Assembly (NCBI GenBank): GCA_004431415.1
Contig: QPMI01000028.1
Span: 1 to 53,758, forward strand
DNA length: 53,758 nucleotides
DNA from: Cyanophora paradoxa CCMP329
Lineage: Eukaryota; Plantae; Glaucophyta
Reading direction: 5' to 3'
This document shows positions 23,101 through 37,400 of this stretch, piece by piece. Position 1 is the stretch's first letter. Each line of letters opens with the position of its first letter. Below the pieces are notes generated by a model. The model made no database searches. It worked only from the letters and a program-made list of their open reading frames with translations, and had not been told where the DNA came from. The translations under genes were made by a program, and so were the position numbers.

Positions 23101-26100
23101 CCGCTTATGACCGCTTGGACGAGCGCGACGTCCGCGGGGGCTGCGCGCGCGCGCAGGCCCGTCATGATCAGCCCCGCGAGCCGAAACTTGATAATGAGTC
23201 TAGACGCTTGCGCGGCTTACGTGCGCAAGCAGGGGACGGGAAATCCTTGGATTTTTCCTGCAAGATTCCAAGTTAGGTCACGACAGATACGTCTTTAAAG
23301 AAGACATTTCGCGCACCGTCCAGCCGCCGAACCTGTTCATGGCGCGGAGGAGAACGCGGTGGACGCGGCCGCAGGTCGGGGAGAAGCTCATTCTGGTGGC
23401 GAGGTCCCACGAGGTGACGTCGCTGCCGACGCCGTCCACGCGCCCGATAATGCGGTCGTGGTCCACGACCCCCGAGATGCCCTTCATGGTCGGGGCGGGG
23501 CTCGACTTGAGCTGTGTGCGCGCAAGGGTCAACACCGCAGCCACAATATGTAGTGACGAGGCCGCAGCTTACCACCATCACCAGAATTGTGTACCTGTTT
23601 ACAAGACGCGCGAGTGTTAGAAGCGTTTTAGAGCTTGAAGTCGATCTGACAGGCTCTTACCCATACGGGGTCGCGTTCTCGGTCGGCTTGACCCATGAGA
23701 CCACCGACCCGGCCACGCTCGGCTCGGGCGCTGGCCGGTGAATTGCAAGCTTTATGTTTAGCTGCAGGGGGGCGTCGCGTGAGGGATGCACAGACCCGCG
23801 AATCGCTGGGGATCCTTGAACGCGGTCGCGTGCTCCGGTTTGAAGACGTACGACATCTGATTGCAATTACGGCGGTATGCCGCCCATCAGCGGGCATTGA
23901 CACGCGCGCAACCGACGCGACTGCGAGCGGCATGGGCCCACCTGGACGGAGACGCCGTCGCCGGGGACAAGCACGCCGTTGTGACGAGGGCGGAAGTTGA
24001 ACCTGCGCGGCCACAAGTGCCAGGGTCAGCTCCACAATAAGTACTGGGAAGTGCGGGATGCGTCGTGACAAACCAGAGACCTGTCCGCGAAAACGTCGAT
24101 GCATCAGATAATGTGAGTCCGGGTGCAGCGCGCGGGCTCACCCATGAGGTGGTCGGCGGTCGTTGTGCCGCCGTTCAGAATCGTCCCGTACGCGTTAGCA
24201 AAGGGACTGGTCAGCTTGACGCCGAACGCCCTAAGGGAGCGAGTGAGCCCCGCGCATGCTCTGATTGCGGGCTACTGCGCTGCACTGCGCACCTGTTGAT
24301 GCCAGCGCGCGCATTCGGGTTCTCAGCCGCCATGCCGATGAAGCACCTGGAAAGAAGTTAGATATCGAGAATGATTTAATTTCCTGGCGTGTTCTTCTTA
24401 TCAGCGCCGGCGCGGACCGATCTGCGTATTCAAAGCGGTCAAGTGTGATCATGAGCGCTGAGCGACCGCAACTAGATATATTTCGAACAGCTAAGGCCGC
24501 ACCGAGAATAACGCCGGAGGCACCAACCGCAGCAGTTATAGACCCGGCCGCGCCGCTGCCGTATCCGTCCGGCTGAGAGTAGATCTTATTTACAGTATCT
24601 GACCACCGCCGCAGTCAAGGGCGGCCACATTATGAATCCTGCTGCGAGTTATATAAGAGCTTCTCGCACCAAAGTAGTCAGTGGCTTCATCGTGTTCCTG
24701 ACGCGACGGTCCCTGCAGAAAATGTTAAGCCTGAAATGTGTCGATCATGGCAATTCGCATGTACCCAGTAAGCCGCATCGGGATTTCCTGCCTGAGTCGC
24801 CCGCTGCTGGTCGTTGTCGGGGTCGATTTCTCTGTTTTAAAAAGCGCTTCAGCGTCAGACAGTACTAGCGATCCGTAAAAAAAGAACATGCCTGATGTAG
24901 TAAGGAACGTCGGCATTGGCAACCCCGTTGTTCTCAACGACGACGTCAATGTAAATCATCATCGATGTCGGATCCTCCTTGAGCCAATAGGTGTGCGTTA
25001 CGGTGACATTGAGTTTGGTTGTGTCGACCGCGCGGTGCACTGCGCCCCCGATATTAAATCGCTGGCGTTGACGATCCTCGTAGATCGCTCGAATTCCGCA
25101 GTACCGACGCATGCGCATGCGCACCGATAATTACTCCATCGGTGTCGGCCTTGTTGCTCAGAATGCTGCCCTTCATGTGCGTCGGCACGAACTGCGAGGC
25201 GTCCTGCGAACGACATAGCTTTTGTTAGCAGAATGTGAAAATGATGCGAAATCATACACATCAGGTCAAGATCACCATCTCGCGCGATGCTCCGGCATTT
25301 TCGTACAGGACACCATTGATCATCGTGCCCTAGGGGTGCACAGAATTCGATATCGATGGCACAGGTAAGCGAAAGATACATTTCGAAAACTCGTATCCAC
25401 ATACCCAGCCTTCAAAGGGCATTCCTGTCGAAACGACGTATAATGGTAAGAGGAGCATGTCGAATTCATGATCACGTGTGTACAGAATCGAGCTCTAGAT
25501 CTCGAGATGGCAAAGTATTGATCAAATGCGCACCAGGCACAAAGAAGTCCTATTGTTAGCAAGCAAGCAAAATCATGAGTAAGGTTTGACACTCGCATTC
25601 AGAAGTTGAATGAAAGAGAGCGCGTACGCCGCAGTACGCGAGTTGCCTGTTGAATAATTTGCAGTCAGGGACATTTTCGCACACATTCATATGCCGGGTG
25701 GGCTCCCACGCACTTGCCCTGGCGCCAGCCGGTCGGGCTGGCAACCTCCTGGCTCTGGACGTAGTCGTCAAACTGGGGCCAGTCGTTCCAGCCACTTTCG
25801 TCCAAGTCAGTTCAGCTCGATGGACACGCGCACGTCGCGCGACGACTGTCAACAGGAAGAAACGCACTCGCAATCGATATCGACGAAGAGACCCAGCGCG
25901 AGGCGGCGATCCTTGTCATATCTGCAGCACGGGCGCCCGGCCATGTTATGACCACAACGTGCGCAAGCACAAATCTTGTCGCCGTTCGCACCCAAGAGGC
26001 CCTGCGGCAGACATCATGATCAGATGCAAAAACAATTCGTGGCCTTGCGCGAAGAATCTAGGAAGCTGTAAGGTGGCTCACAGGAAGCGGGCGGAGGGTT

Positions 26101-29100
26101 GAAAGTTCCGAGTGAGCCCTCGACGCCGTGAATGGCCGTGAGAAGGCACTTGCCTTATCGGGCGAGGCGTATTTGTGTCAAACGAGTCCGTTTTAATCAA
26201 ACCAAATATGAGCATATGAGAGCGTACCGACAGCGAAGTGGTCGCCAGTGCCAGGGTCGGCGAGGTACGCGCCTTTCTCAGGCAGCGAAACGGCTGCGCA
26301 TTGCAATTGCACAGGTCGTAAGCCCTTTCGAAATCAAATACAACGACCGGAAGGAATAACACAGTTGAAGGGCCGAAATAATCGAATAAACGAAAAACGC
26401 GGGACATAAACTCGAATGCACCAAGATGGCCACGGAGCTCGAAAATCTAAGCAGCGATCGCCAAGATGCATGAGTCAGACGGGTCACGAGTACCAGCGCA
26501 CAAGCTTGATGGTAAATATTTATAATCCACTCACCGGCCAGTAGTCTGCTCAATTATGGTCAGCATGGATTTCAGATTCCGAAGCGGCAGCGACGTTAAC
26601 AGGCCTAGGCTGGGGAGTCGACGGCCAGTACTAGTGCGAGAGACGCACCGACGAAGGTCTGGTGGATCACCTCGTCAGCGCCGTCCTGCCACCGCCCCTC
26701 AGTCCCGCAGTAAACGTAGCTTGTGAATGTCTCGCCGATGTGCCTGTGGACCCCGGTCCGGTTTTAAATCAGGCAACTGTGGTGGGAATGAAACGCGAAG
26801 AGTTTCGAATCTTACCTTCCCAGCCACCTGGGGAAAGTTCCACCTGGAAAGACATGTGAAATCAGCATTTATCGGCGCTTGTTGTTGAAGATCACTATGT
26901 AGCTACGTATACTATATTATGTATGCACCGTTCGCCATGGCATCGGGGGTTCCCTGGAGCCTCTTGCGCAATCTAAGGTCGAGTAAGCAAAACCAGAGAA
27001 GATATCTTGGCTCCGATTGCAGGCGTGCCGCACCCCAGCCAGCCAGCCTCGTTGTTGAAGGTTGCCGAATCGGGGTCCTCGTCCGTCACTCTGCGGAATT
27101 TCGGGGACGTGTGCATCGCCATGCTCCACCTCCCGCCAGCAACGTCCGTTCTGGCAGACGTATCAATTACGTTTTGCGAAGATATAGAGCCTTTAACTAT
27201 GCCTCGCAATTCAAGAAGAGCGCGCAAGCTTTAAACAAGAATGAGACTAGCTACGTATACACAGGCGCGAACCGGTTAATTTTGAGGCAGTACTGTGAAA
27301 AGAAAATGCATTGGGATCAGCTTTAATTTGGTCGGAGCTCGAGAAATTTTGAAATAAGGCGCACAGCGTCCGACAGGAGGATAGGGGTCTGCATGCGCAT
27401 TCACGAGAAGGTTAAGATCAGCGGAGGATGATTGAAGGCCGATTCAAACGACGCGCCTGGCACGTGATGTACACATCGATCTGCAAACACAGGCATCCGA
27501 AAATGAGCAGAGATCGATACAGTTGTAATCCAAATGCGAGCAAACCGCACTCGATGTCGGATCGCGCATCCGGGTGTCAACGGTCACGCTGCCGCACGCG
27601 CCGAGCTCCGGAGACTCGGCCATCTTTTGCGTCAGGGGCTGCCACGTCGCGCCCTTGTTCGCGCGCTTGAACTTGACGAAGCTCGCCTGCACATGGCGAT
27701 CAGATTGTTTTGCGGCCTTCAGATTGTGCGGTTGCAAGCGAGGCTGCCGCGAAGCGCTAGCGGTGCGCAATAATATTCACCATGAAGGTCATGTTCTTCT
27801 CTCCTTCGAATCCGGGAGCGGTGATCGTGATTCCGGAACGTGTCGTCGACGTTGGGTAGCTGAGTCTGCCATCCGCATGGTACGTCCTGCAAATCGCGGG
27901 CGCGTTAAAACCTTGTTGAATCCAAATTCGGGTGCGCATGGCGCCGCACGTGAAATAAACGCTCGTGGCGTTCACCGGCGTGTTCCTGTCGAGAGCGAAA
28001 GATCGAGTCAGAGAAGAAGCGGAGGGCAGCGAGACCGACTGCCGGGGTCGGGGGCGTCGCACGAGTACTTCATACACCAGTACCAGGCATCTGCGGCGTC
28101 GCTTTTTGTGAGCATAGTTGTGGCATTTTGGCGTGCGTTCTTCAACTTTGAACGTCCGGGGGGGCGCCCGCACCGTAGGGCCCGCGCCTGCAGGTGTTGC
28201 CGGTCCACTTGATCGCACGGTCGGAGGCGCCGATGAACTGCACTGTTGAGTCCCTCGTGGTCTCATACAGGTGAGAATCTGGTCGAAAGGGACGCGCAAA
28301 GATTATCGTCTTGAAGCGTTGGGAATGCAGCATGTGGGATCCGAAGCATGCATATGCGTACAAGTGTATCCGCCGCCCTGCTCTGCTGATGTCGTGCCGT
28401 TCGTGCTGAGCGCGCAATTTCATCAAGCAAGTGTTTCAATGCATGCCAGGATGAAGAGCTCGGCGTACCCCGTCGGCTTAATGTACGTCGTCCAGCTGCG
28501 AGCGTTTGCATGCAGGTAATCAGAATTCACAATATTTCATGCAAGCTTGAGGTGTACAAGGGCCGCCAGCGCACATGGCCTTGTCCCCAGACACTCCGTC
28601 GACGAAGCGCCGCCTCGGGCGCCCTTGCACGCCGTTGAGTCCTGCAGCCGTCGAGGGCGCGGCACGGCGTTACACGCTGTTCCGCTTCGATCTGTATATA
28701 TTTATATATATATATTGCGGGGGCGCACCCAGATCGCCCGCATCGCGCTCCGGGCGAGGCCACGGCCATGGAATGTAGGGCAGAGGGGACGGCGAAGGCG
28801 AAGGCGAAGGCGAAGGCGATGGGGACGGGGACGGGGTTATCACTGGAGTCTCTGGAGAATCAAGGTAGATGAGCCATTCCTGCTCCGTGTTGGCTGCGAG
28901 CCGTTCTAAGCTCCAAACAGCGATATCGAATTCTAGACAAGGCATATCTCAAAGGATCTGGGAGCACGCACTGTCGTTATTCTTTTGGAATGTAACCCAC
29001 ATATTTCCACCGACGTTGGTGGTGCCTCCACCGCCGCTAGTGATAACGTTTGTTGATTTTATATAGGTGTAGAATCCGATAGGAGGCGTGAGGGCAGCGC

Positions 29101-30415
29101 CCGGGTCCGATCTCGGGGAAATTCTCAGAGTTCCCTGTTCGTCCGCAGAGTGCGTAAAAGAGTGCATGCAGAGCTAGAACACCGCGCACGCGCTCCAGAA
29201 TACACACGCACGCGGGTCTCGTTGATTTGGATCCTTTGAACCTGATCCCATCCGTTGTCGAAATACCAGCTGCTGATCTACGCGCAATGTCATTATAATA
29301 TTATACTGATCTACGTATACGCTGCTGAAATCATTATAATTTTAACTCAGCTTTCCGACCCTCTCACTTACTGCATTGTTGCGGGCCTCAGCAGTCGCAT
29401 CGTCCTTCAGCGGAGCTGTGCCACTGTGGAAGACAGGGGAGGTTTAGCGATTTGAATTAGAGGTTCAACGTGAACGTGTACGCACAGAATGTCCAGCACC
29501 CAGCCTGTTGAAGTAAAGCGTAAGACATGCGTACGGTTGATGCGGCGCATACATCCATCGAAACTGCGCACCCCACTTCGTGTACAGCACGGAGTAGGTG
29601 CCGTTGAACTCTGCGGGCATGTCTGCGAAGGTAGTGCACGCTTTGTAGCAACTTGTCGTTAATGTCCCACAGGTTATAGCGCCCACTGCTGTACATTGCT
29701 GGAGCTGATACCCGTTCGAGCAGAGCCCGCGCTTGGTGGACGGTGCGGGGCACATTCTCTTGAAGAGCTGAGAGCTGCTCTCGGGGCTGCCCGACGCTGC
29801 GCGCGCGATAGGACGTTAACCTTGCGAACGCGCGCGCATGTGACTTTTGAATATGTATTGGAAGTTTCAATCGTTGCGCTCACTGGTGTTGCACTTCGTG
29901 ACAATCCTGCGCAAGATCAACCGGCCGCGGCTTCAATGTCAGCGGCCGTCCACGTGCGCAAGAGAGCGCGTTCGCGTTAATACGACCATCGGACGCGAAC
30001 CATTTAGCAGTAGTCGCAGAGGTCAATGCCGATGTAAGACAGTAGCTGCGGACCCGAAAATACAGACCATTGTGAGGCAACGGACAATTGCAATTGCAAG
30101 CTAATATATATATGATAACCTTGGATCATATGCGTTGACGAATCTGAACCAGACGTTTTCGTCGGGGACAACGTTCGTGAATTGGACTTCTTTGTCGCCC
30201 CATGTAGCATTGTTCGCTGCGCGCATGCGTGTCTTGAAAATGCGTGCATATACAGTGCATGCCGGCATTCCGAGGCTGCGCGTACCGACTTTTATTTCGA
30301 CTGCAGACGCGGGGACAACGCTTGCTAACACCGAGCACGCGACCAGCAGGGCTGCCGCCACGAGCGGCAGCCGGGGCGCGCGCGCGCCCCTCGAGCCGGC
30401 TCCCGCTGTGGGCAT
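17115..30415 (-). CDS. Multi-exon polycystin-1-like surface receptor: signal peptide, Cys-rich ectodomain, (SP)n linker, REJ, GAIN/GPS, one TM, four FN3-like repeats
   Basis: Signal peptide at 30415 (LPLVAAALLVACSVLASVVPASA). REJ motif GPPEGGKCTIAPPEG..TFTVTCSDW..PLSYS (~21945-22085). GPS FWNSTAQSWETC...RCTHLTTF (~19283-19595). TM LAFILPIAFGIGGVALLLGGIAV. FN3-like PRNV..VVAW..YEI..LVRAV repeats. Whether the 5' exons all belong to a single gene is inferred. Confidence 0.7.
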
Positions 30416-30479
30416 CGCGCCCTAGCAGCGATAGCAGCGATAGCAGCGATGCCCTCAGAAGAGGAAGCTGCACCGTGAC

Positions 30480-31080
30480 AAGCCTCTACAAGGCTAGCTA
30501 GCGTCAAAGCAATAGCTACTTCACAGCTGGCGGTATGTATACACTGTGATCGACACTGTGACAACCGTTGAACAGCGCTAGCCGCGAGCCTTCAAGGGTC
30601 TACAAACTTTGAAATCCGAGAGCCCGCGGCCGAACCTAGCTATATACTTAGTAGGCTCAGCGGCTTTACCTAGCAAGTCAACGTTGCCAACTTGGCAAGT
30701 TGAACTGTACTACGGACCTACGGTACAGTCTGAAGTCAGTGACAAGCCGGCGCCTAGCTATAAGTAGTACTACCGTAGTACGGTAGTAGGCTAGTACTAC
30801 GGTACTACGGTAGGAAGTTGCTACTAACTTAATAGCCTAGTAGGAATATGAAGAGTCACTGAATACTACGGTAGTAGGGTAACAAGCCTGGCAAGGCTAC
30901 GTACTACGTAGTCGGACGAGTCGGACGGGACTCGGAGTCTCGAACCCCGGGTCCCCGACTCCCGCGACAGCCTATAGCCTTACAGTACTGGTAGAGCGTA
31001 CTACGGTACTAGAGCCTAGTAGTCAGCCTATCATAGTATAGCTACTACCCGGTACTAAGGTATAGCCTACTACTGTGCCA
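30480..31080. repeat. Low-complexity region rich in TACTAC/GTAGTA/CTAG/GTAC words
   Basis: Dense short palindromic and satellite-like words, with no ORFs. Confidence 0.5.
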
Positions 31081-31386
31081 CGGTGAGTTATTTTACATTA
31101 ATATTAGGGCAAGATCTGCCGCAGTGCCAGCCGCTTCAGGCCCCTGGACAGGCTGGACTCCGGAGTCTCCGGCCCTGGAGTCCTGGACCCGGGACTCGGG
31201 GCCTGGAGGCTGGAGTTTCCGCCCAGTTCGAATTCCGTGGCAGTTCGACAGCCTGGCAGGAAACTCCGCCGGCCCGGCGGCTCAGGCGCCGGCGGCAGTA
31301 AAAAAAAGGGCCTGTCCGACGGTCACAGTGTAAGGCCCATAAGTTGCCAGATGCAGCCAGAACTCGTTACTCAGTGCCACGGTGCC

Positions 31387-31915
31387 CAGGGTTGTCAGCC
31401 GAAATATTTCGCGCCGAAATATTTCCGAAATATTCCGAAATTTTGGGTAAAATTTCGGGTCCGCCCTTGAAGGGGGTAAAATTTCGGGATATTATATAAT
31501 ATTTTAATCATTATTTAATCAAGAAAAGCCCCTTTTCGCCCCCTGTAGGGGGGTTATGATGGCTTATATGACGTTCACAATCGTATAAAAAGAGCATAGT
31601 CTTCGTGGTACATGCTTTTCAGCACGTTTTACATCGGAATGAGGCCAGAACGTGAGTTGAACCAGTGAAGGGTGGGTACCCCCCTCGAGCTCACCTCCCT
31701 TTCGTTCTGGCGCATTTCCTGGTCGCCACGAGACCCCTAGCACTCGCAAAGAGTTAGATACGATGCTTTACGATGTTGTTAACACGTTTTGCGGAATGCA
31801 ATGTTTTGAGAATATTTCGGACTTTGTATGGCGCTGAAATATTTCGGAAATATTTCCGAAATATTTCGCGAAATTTTGGGTCCCGTTTTGACCGACCAAA
31901 ATTTCTACAACCCTG
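31387..31915. mobile_element. Non-autonomous hAT-type MITE (529 bp)
   Basis: TIRs CAGGGTTGT...ACAACCCTG, a perfect 8-bp target-site duplication ACGGTGCC (31379-31386 and 31916-31923), and subterminal GAAATATTTC repeats at both ends. Confidence 0.9.
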
Positions 31916-32043
31916 ACGGTGCCACGCGTACGGCCCACGGTGAGCTCGCCAGTGAGTCGCCTCTGGGCCGGGCCGGGCCGCCCGGGCGCCAACGCCGCCA
32001 AGTACCGTAGTACCGGGGTACTAGTACCGTACTACTGGTACTG

Positions 32044-32256
32044 TAAGCGTAGTTTTTTAGCCGTGGTAAATAATTGCCGTAAATTGCCGAGAGGCCGAAT
32101 TCGGCAATTTAGCACCACGGCAATTGCTTGAGGGTAGCTAGCTGTTTTCCTAGGCCGCCATAGAGCAGAAATCTGGATTCGGCAATTTATCGCCACGGCA
32201 ATTCCGGTTTTGGGCGAATTCGGCAAATTAACTCCACGGCAATTTAACTACGCCTA
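32044..32256. mobile_element. Probable degraded MITE
   Basis: Ends TAAGCGTAGTT / AACTACGCCTA are inverted with one mismatch, with internal AATTGCCG/CGGCAATT repeats. A related fragment lies at ~33535-33620. No clear TSD. Confidence 0.5.
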
Positions 32257-34478
32257 CAGTAGTCCGACGGTCGAGACGGCGGCGGTTGTTCAAGGTTGAG
32301 ACTAGCTCTGCGTCGCTATTGGCTCTTTCTCTGCGTCGCCATTGGTTCGTGGCCAGACACAGCGCCGCCTCAGTCCGGACTCCGGAGTTCGGACTCCCGG
32401 GTCCGGAGATCGGAGTCATCATCGGACCGAGTCTTCGCCGAGTCTTCGGACTCTCACTGACTCTGACACTGAGTCAGAGGCTACCCGGGTAACTTAGTAA
32501 GTTCGGAGTTCGGAGCCCGGACTTTTGACTCCGGTAACTTAAATTACCGCGCTCTAAACTTTTAGCGCCGGTAAGCGCTTATAATTAAGCTTTAATTTAG
32601 CGCGGTACCAATTGCAAATTACCGCGTTTTCATCCATCAAAATAGCAAAATTAATAATATTAAACACCATTACTGCGAGTCTGCAGCTAGCTGCGCCACC
32701 AAATTACCGGTATCGCGTTCTAACTTTAGTAACAATTTTGAGCGCGGTAGTTATGTCGGGGCGGTATTTTTTTACAAGTTGCAATTGGTTTTGCAATTGC
32801 AACGGCAGCTTTCATTTCATTGGAGCGCCAAAAAGTTGCCCAAAACCTCTCCGGACCCGGATTTTTTTAGTTTTCTTTTCGTAATCGCAATCTACATAAT
32901 TATAACCAAGTTTGAATTCTGGGCAACTTCGATTTCTTGCGCATGTTTATATGCCATCGGAATCGATGATCGGATACTATACTGACATATAGTCTACTGC
33001 CAGACTACTGGGGGATTAATTAATATTATATTCCCTTTGACTGTCCTTTTGCCTGCTCTTGATCCTCCTGCTCCGCCTCCTGTGTCCTCCTCGACCTCGT
33101 GCCGTAGCTCTGCCCTTTCGCATCGTCCTGCTTCGCCTCCGCCTCCACGTCGTCTTGTTGTTCCTCTTACTTGTCTGCTTCCTGTTATTTATCTTTCTCA
33201 ATTTTGTCCTCCGCTTCTTAGTGATGTACATGTATACGTAATTCCTTCCGATATTGATGGTCTCTCTAGCTCTGTACATGTCTCTTCTTCGTGTCAGTCA
33301 TCCTCTGTCCCTAGATCTGCTCGATTTTTCGTCTCTTCTCGATCTGTCTCGGGCTCTGTGTCTTTTCTTTTTTATTGTCGATTTTGGCTCTTTGTCTTAT
33401 CTTTCTTCGTGCTCTTGTCTTAGTTATTTTGCTTTTTTGTCTTTATGCCCCCTGGGCAGCCCCCGCAGTGCTGGTGTCTAGAGACTGTGGCCGGTAATTC
33501 ACCAAACAAAATGGGGGATTAATATTGCTTATTAAGCCGTGGTTTTACTGTGATCTTTCAAAGTTTTAAATTACCGTGAATTGCCGAGAGGCCGAATTCG
33601 GCAATTAAGAGCCGCAGCAATAGAGTGCATGCAATTCTGATTGCTTCAATTTCTTGTCTTTTAATATTACTTCCTACGGGGGTACTTGTACAGTTGTACT
33701 AGTATATGTCTCTATATATATTGACCGGCCGACGGTTGCGCACGGTGATTGGTCGAAGGTGAATTTTTCAATCGAAATCAAAGGCGAATCGACTGGTCGC
33801 CGATGACTGTGATGACGATCGACATGTTCCGAAGTTCATGATCATGATCATGATCAATCACCATCTGTGACGTGCACGGTCCACGGACTGCCATGGAGTC
33901 CACGGCCCGGCGGACTCACGGAGTCACATGCATATGTACAGATCTACTAGGCTAGAGTCTAGCGGACTCTAGCCTAGTAGACTCGCGTGCACGGTCCTGG
34001 TGTATACGTATACGTACCGTAGTACGCGTGCATAATAAATATTAATTGTGCATTCCCCCCCCCCTCTCCCCCCCCCATTCCCCCGACAACCGTGCGATGG
34101 CCGATCGCGACAACCGTTGAACCGTGAAGTTGCGTGAACTAGCTATCATATACCGGTAGCTAGCGGCTCAGCCTAGCTGCTAGCCTAGTAGCCTAGTAGT
34201 AGCATTCTTCGCGGCCGCGGGCTCCGCGGCCGGGGATCGACATCATAGTTATATCATGCATATGAGAAGAACATTGACTTGAAAGCGCGGTACATCAAAG
34301 TTTTAGTGAGAATTCGAAGATGATGCTTTTTTTTTTTAAAGAGCTACGGTGGGCGTGCCCACTCGTAGTACACAACGAGGATACAAGTCACGGTATCGGG
34401 AATCACAAGGATTCGAAGTACAACGAAGCGGAAACAGCAGGAACCGAACCCGGGAATCCGGGAGGTCGTAGCACGACC

Positions 34479-37400
34479 TTATACCACTGCGCTAAAGCGC
34501 GGGTGATGCGATGATCCAGCACTCAGAATTATATCTTCGACGTCTATAACACTTCCGCCTACTCCCGGAGTCCGCATGCGCAGCATCAGCGCGTCGGACA
34601 CGTTGCCGCCGCTAAGGTCGCCCGCCGGCGGCGGCTCAGCGGCTGCGCCCGCGGCGTCCGCGATCGCCTGACCGTTGGGTTCAGGATGCAAGTGCCCGCC
34701 GCTGCCCGGTCGGCGGTGCGGGTTCGGCTGACGCTACAGCCACGGCTGCAGCCGCGGGTGTCTGGCGCTGCACAGGGTCCGGGCTGGCGCTGGCGACCGA
34801 GCCCGCCTGGCCATGGCCGTAGCCTTCGTGATCGTGGTGCGCGTGCTCGCGATCGATCATGGCCGGCGAGGCGGCGGTCCGGTGGTGCACGGCGCCCCGA
34901 TCGTGAGCGGGAAGCGCGTGCACGTTCGGGCGGCCGAGGCCCGATCCAGCCTTCCCAACCTGTCGGTGCGGTTCGGTGCGGGCCGCCCGGCGGCCGCGCT
35001 CGCGCCCACGCCCGCCCTCGCACCCGCCGGGTGATGAGGAACGTGGTCATGACGCCCTTGCCCTTCACCTGGACGCCCTGCACCTCCTCCGCCTCGAACT
35101 TCCACCGCACCCGCTCGTACGTGCTGCGCGCGCGCGCGCGTACGCGCGGGCGACGTCAGCCCGGAACCCCGTCTACAATCTAGAGGACGAGGCTGAGGAG
35201 GAGGTGGCGGACCTGGCGGAGACGTTGACGCGGCCCGGGACGCCCGAGGACTCCATCCGCGAGGCCTGGCCATGGGCGCACGCGGAAATCAACGGGAGGC
35301 GCGGGAAATGCGGCGGAAGTCGTGGCCAGCAGCCGCGCACGAGATTAACAGAGTCGCCCCACTGTCGACGTCGGAGGAGCGCCAGGAACCAGTCAGCAAA
35401 TTAAACGGAAAAGCTATATATAGGAAACGGGAAGATCGCAGAGGCATGAGATGCAACGCACGATATCGTAGGCCAACCTTTAATTTGAAGCGGCGAGCAA
35501 GTTTAGACGGGTTATTGAAAAAGTCATCGACGCGACTTCGAGAACGCACCGCTTCGTGCCAATGACGCCTGTGCACGAAGAAAGATTTTAAAAATTAAGA
35601 AAGCCGACGAATCGATCTGGCGCACCGGCAATGATCGGCCCCGTGTGTATGCCCACGCGCATGTTCAAGGAGGTGCCTGTTTCATTCGCCGTCTCGTCAG
35701 AAAGATGGAAACGCCAACGGGAAACGGCCAAAACGAAATCGGTTTTGCAATCAACGCGCCTAGCTCGCGGTTGATGGCGTGGAGGGTCTCGATCATGTCC
35801 AGCGCGAAGTCGATCATGACCTCCGGCGGCAGGCGCGTGTAGCACATGTACGCGTCCCCGCTGCGAAACAAACTTCAGGGAAGAGAGGGACGGGGCGGGG
35901 CGCGCGAAACAGAAACAAAAGCAGAAAGAGAGGCGGGGCGCACATGGTCTTGACCTTGTCGACGCCGTAGGCGTCCACCAGCTCGTCGAAGCGGTTGAAG
36001 AGCTCGGAGAGCATCCTGGCGGCCATCGAGTTCAGGCCGAGGAATCCGGGGAACCCGGGGAACCCGGGCCGAGCGCGAGCGCGCACGCACCCGACCGTGT
36101 CCGCCGGGCTCAGCTCCGACGCGAGGCTCGTGAATCCCACCAAGTCGGAGAACTGTACACACAGTTAGAGCAGACCCGTAAAAAGTTCGAAAAGCAATTA
36201 GCAGCACCAGGATCGTGGCCTCGTCGATGGCGTCGGCGATGATGTCCTCGCCGCCCTGCTTCAGTCGCTCGATGATTGCTACGTATACGGGTTGGTAAGC
36301 ACCAGGCCAGCAGTATCGATAACACGGGGAGGTCTGCGGGGGTTGAGCTGGGAGGCTATATATATCGCGCACGGTCCGGAAGGATGTTCCTGAGCAGGCG
36401 CTCTCCTCGGCTCTTCTCGGCCTACCGAAGACGATCAGGCGGGTAGGCCGAGAGCGCGGCAAATTAAAGCGAGCACCTGCAGGGCCTCCTCCGCCAGGTG
36501 ACGCTCGGTCACGTCCCTGCGATATTGCGGCCCGGCCCGGCCCAGGCCAACGTTAGCAGAGCGCGCAAACATACAAGACTTGGCGTCTAGTCCGCACCGG
36601 ATGAAGAGGACGAAGAAGGGGCGCCGCCCCGAGCGGCCGCAGCCGACCGAGACGTGCGTCGGGAACGTCGAGCCGTCCTGCCGGAGCCGCAAGCTCAAGT
36701 GCCTCCTCGGGATCGACGGCTCGGAACGGCCAAAGGGACCTTGCGGCGGGCGTGGACGGAGAGCTGGTGCCCGACGAAGCCGGCGAGGCGCTCCTCCTCG
36801 TCGAAGCCGTCGTGGTCGTCCGGGCTCTGGTCGTGCGGGAGCGCCTGAAGAAAAGAGAGTGGGCGAAGCGTCGACGTCCGACGCGTCCAAGGGGGCGGGG
36901 TGCGACTGCGCGCGCACGTCCGGGATGATGGAGGAGACGGGCATGGCGAGGGCCTCGTCGGCGCTCCTGAGAGACGACGTGAGGCGCGAGCTGGGGGGAG
37001 ACGGGCTGTGGGGGCACCAGCCGAGGAGGCCCTCCGCCGCCGCGTTGAAGACCTGGATGGACCCGCGGCTGTCGCAGACGATGATCGCGTCGCTCGCCGC
37101 CTCCTGCAGCGGACGCGTGTGAAGAGCAGGGGCGAGGAGCGGGGGCGGGGGCGGGGCCGACCAGGATGGACTTGGTCTTCGCGCGGTTGTCCTCCAGCAT
37201 GCTCTGCACCGTCCTGCCCTCGCCGGTCGCTGGCGCGGAGTCAGAGCTAGGCAGAGCTGCTCGGAGAAGGCAGGGTGGGAGGAAGACGGACCCATGTACT
37301 CTCGCAGGGCGGGAATCTGCTCGCGAACAAGACGGACGACGACGCGCGCCGTGAAACGGACAGAAACGTCTGAGAGTCCAAAACATGAGAGTTCTTACCT

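Noticed and set aside
33016-33481. K/R-rich and Leu-rich ORFs
   Set aside because: They arise from a pyrimidine-rich low-complexity tract and show no domain evidence.
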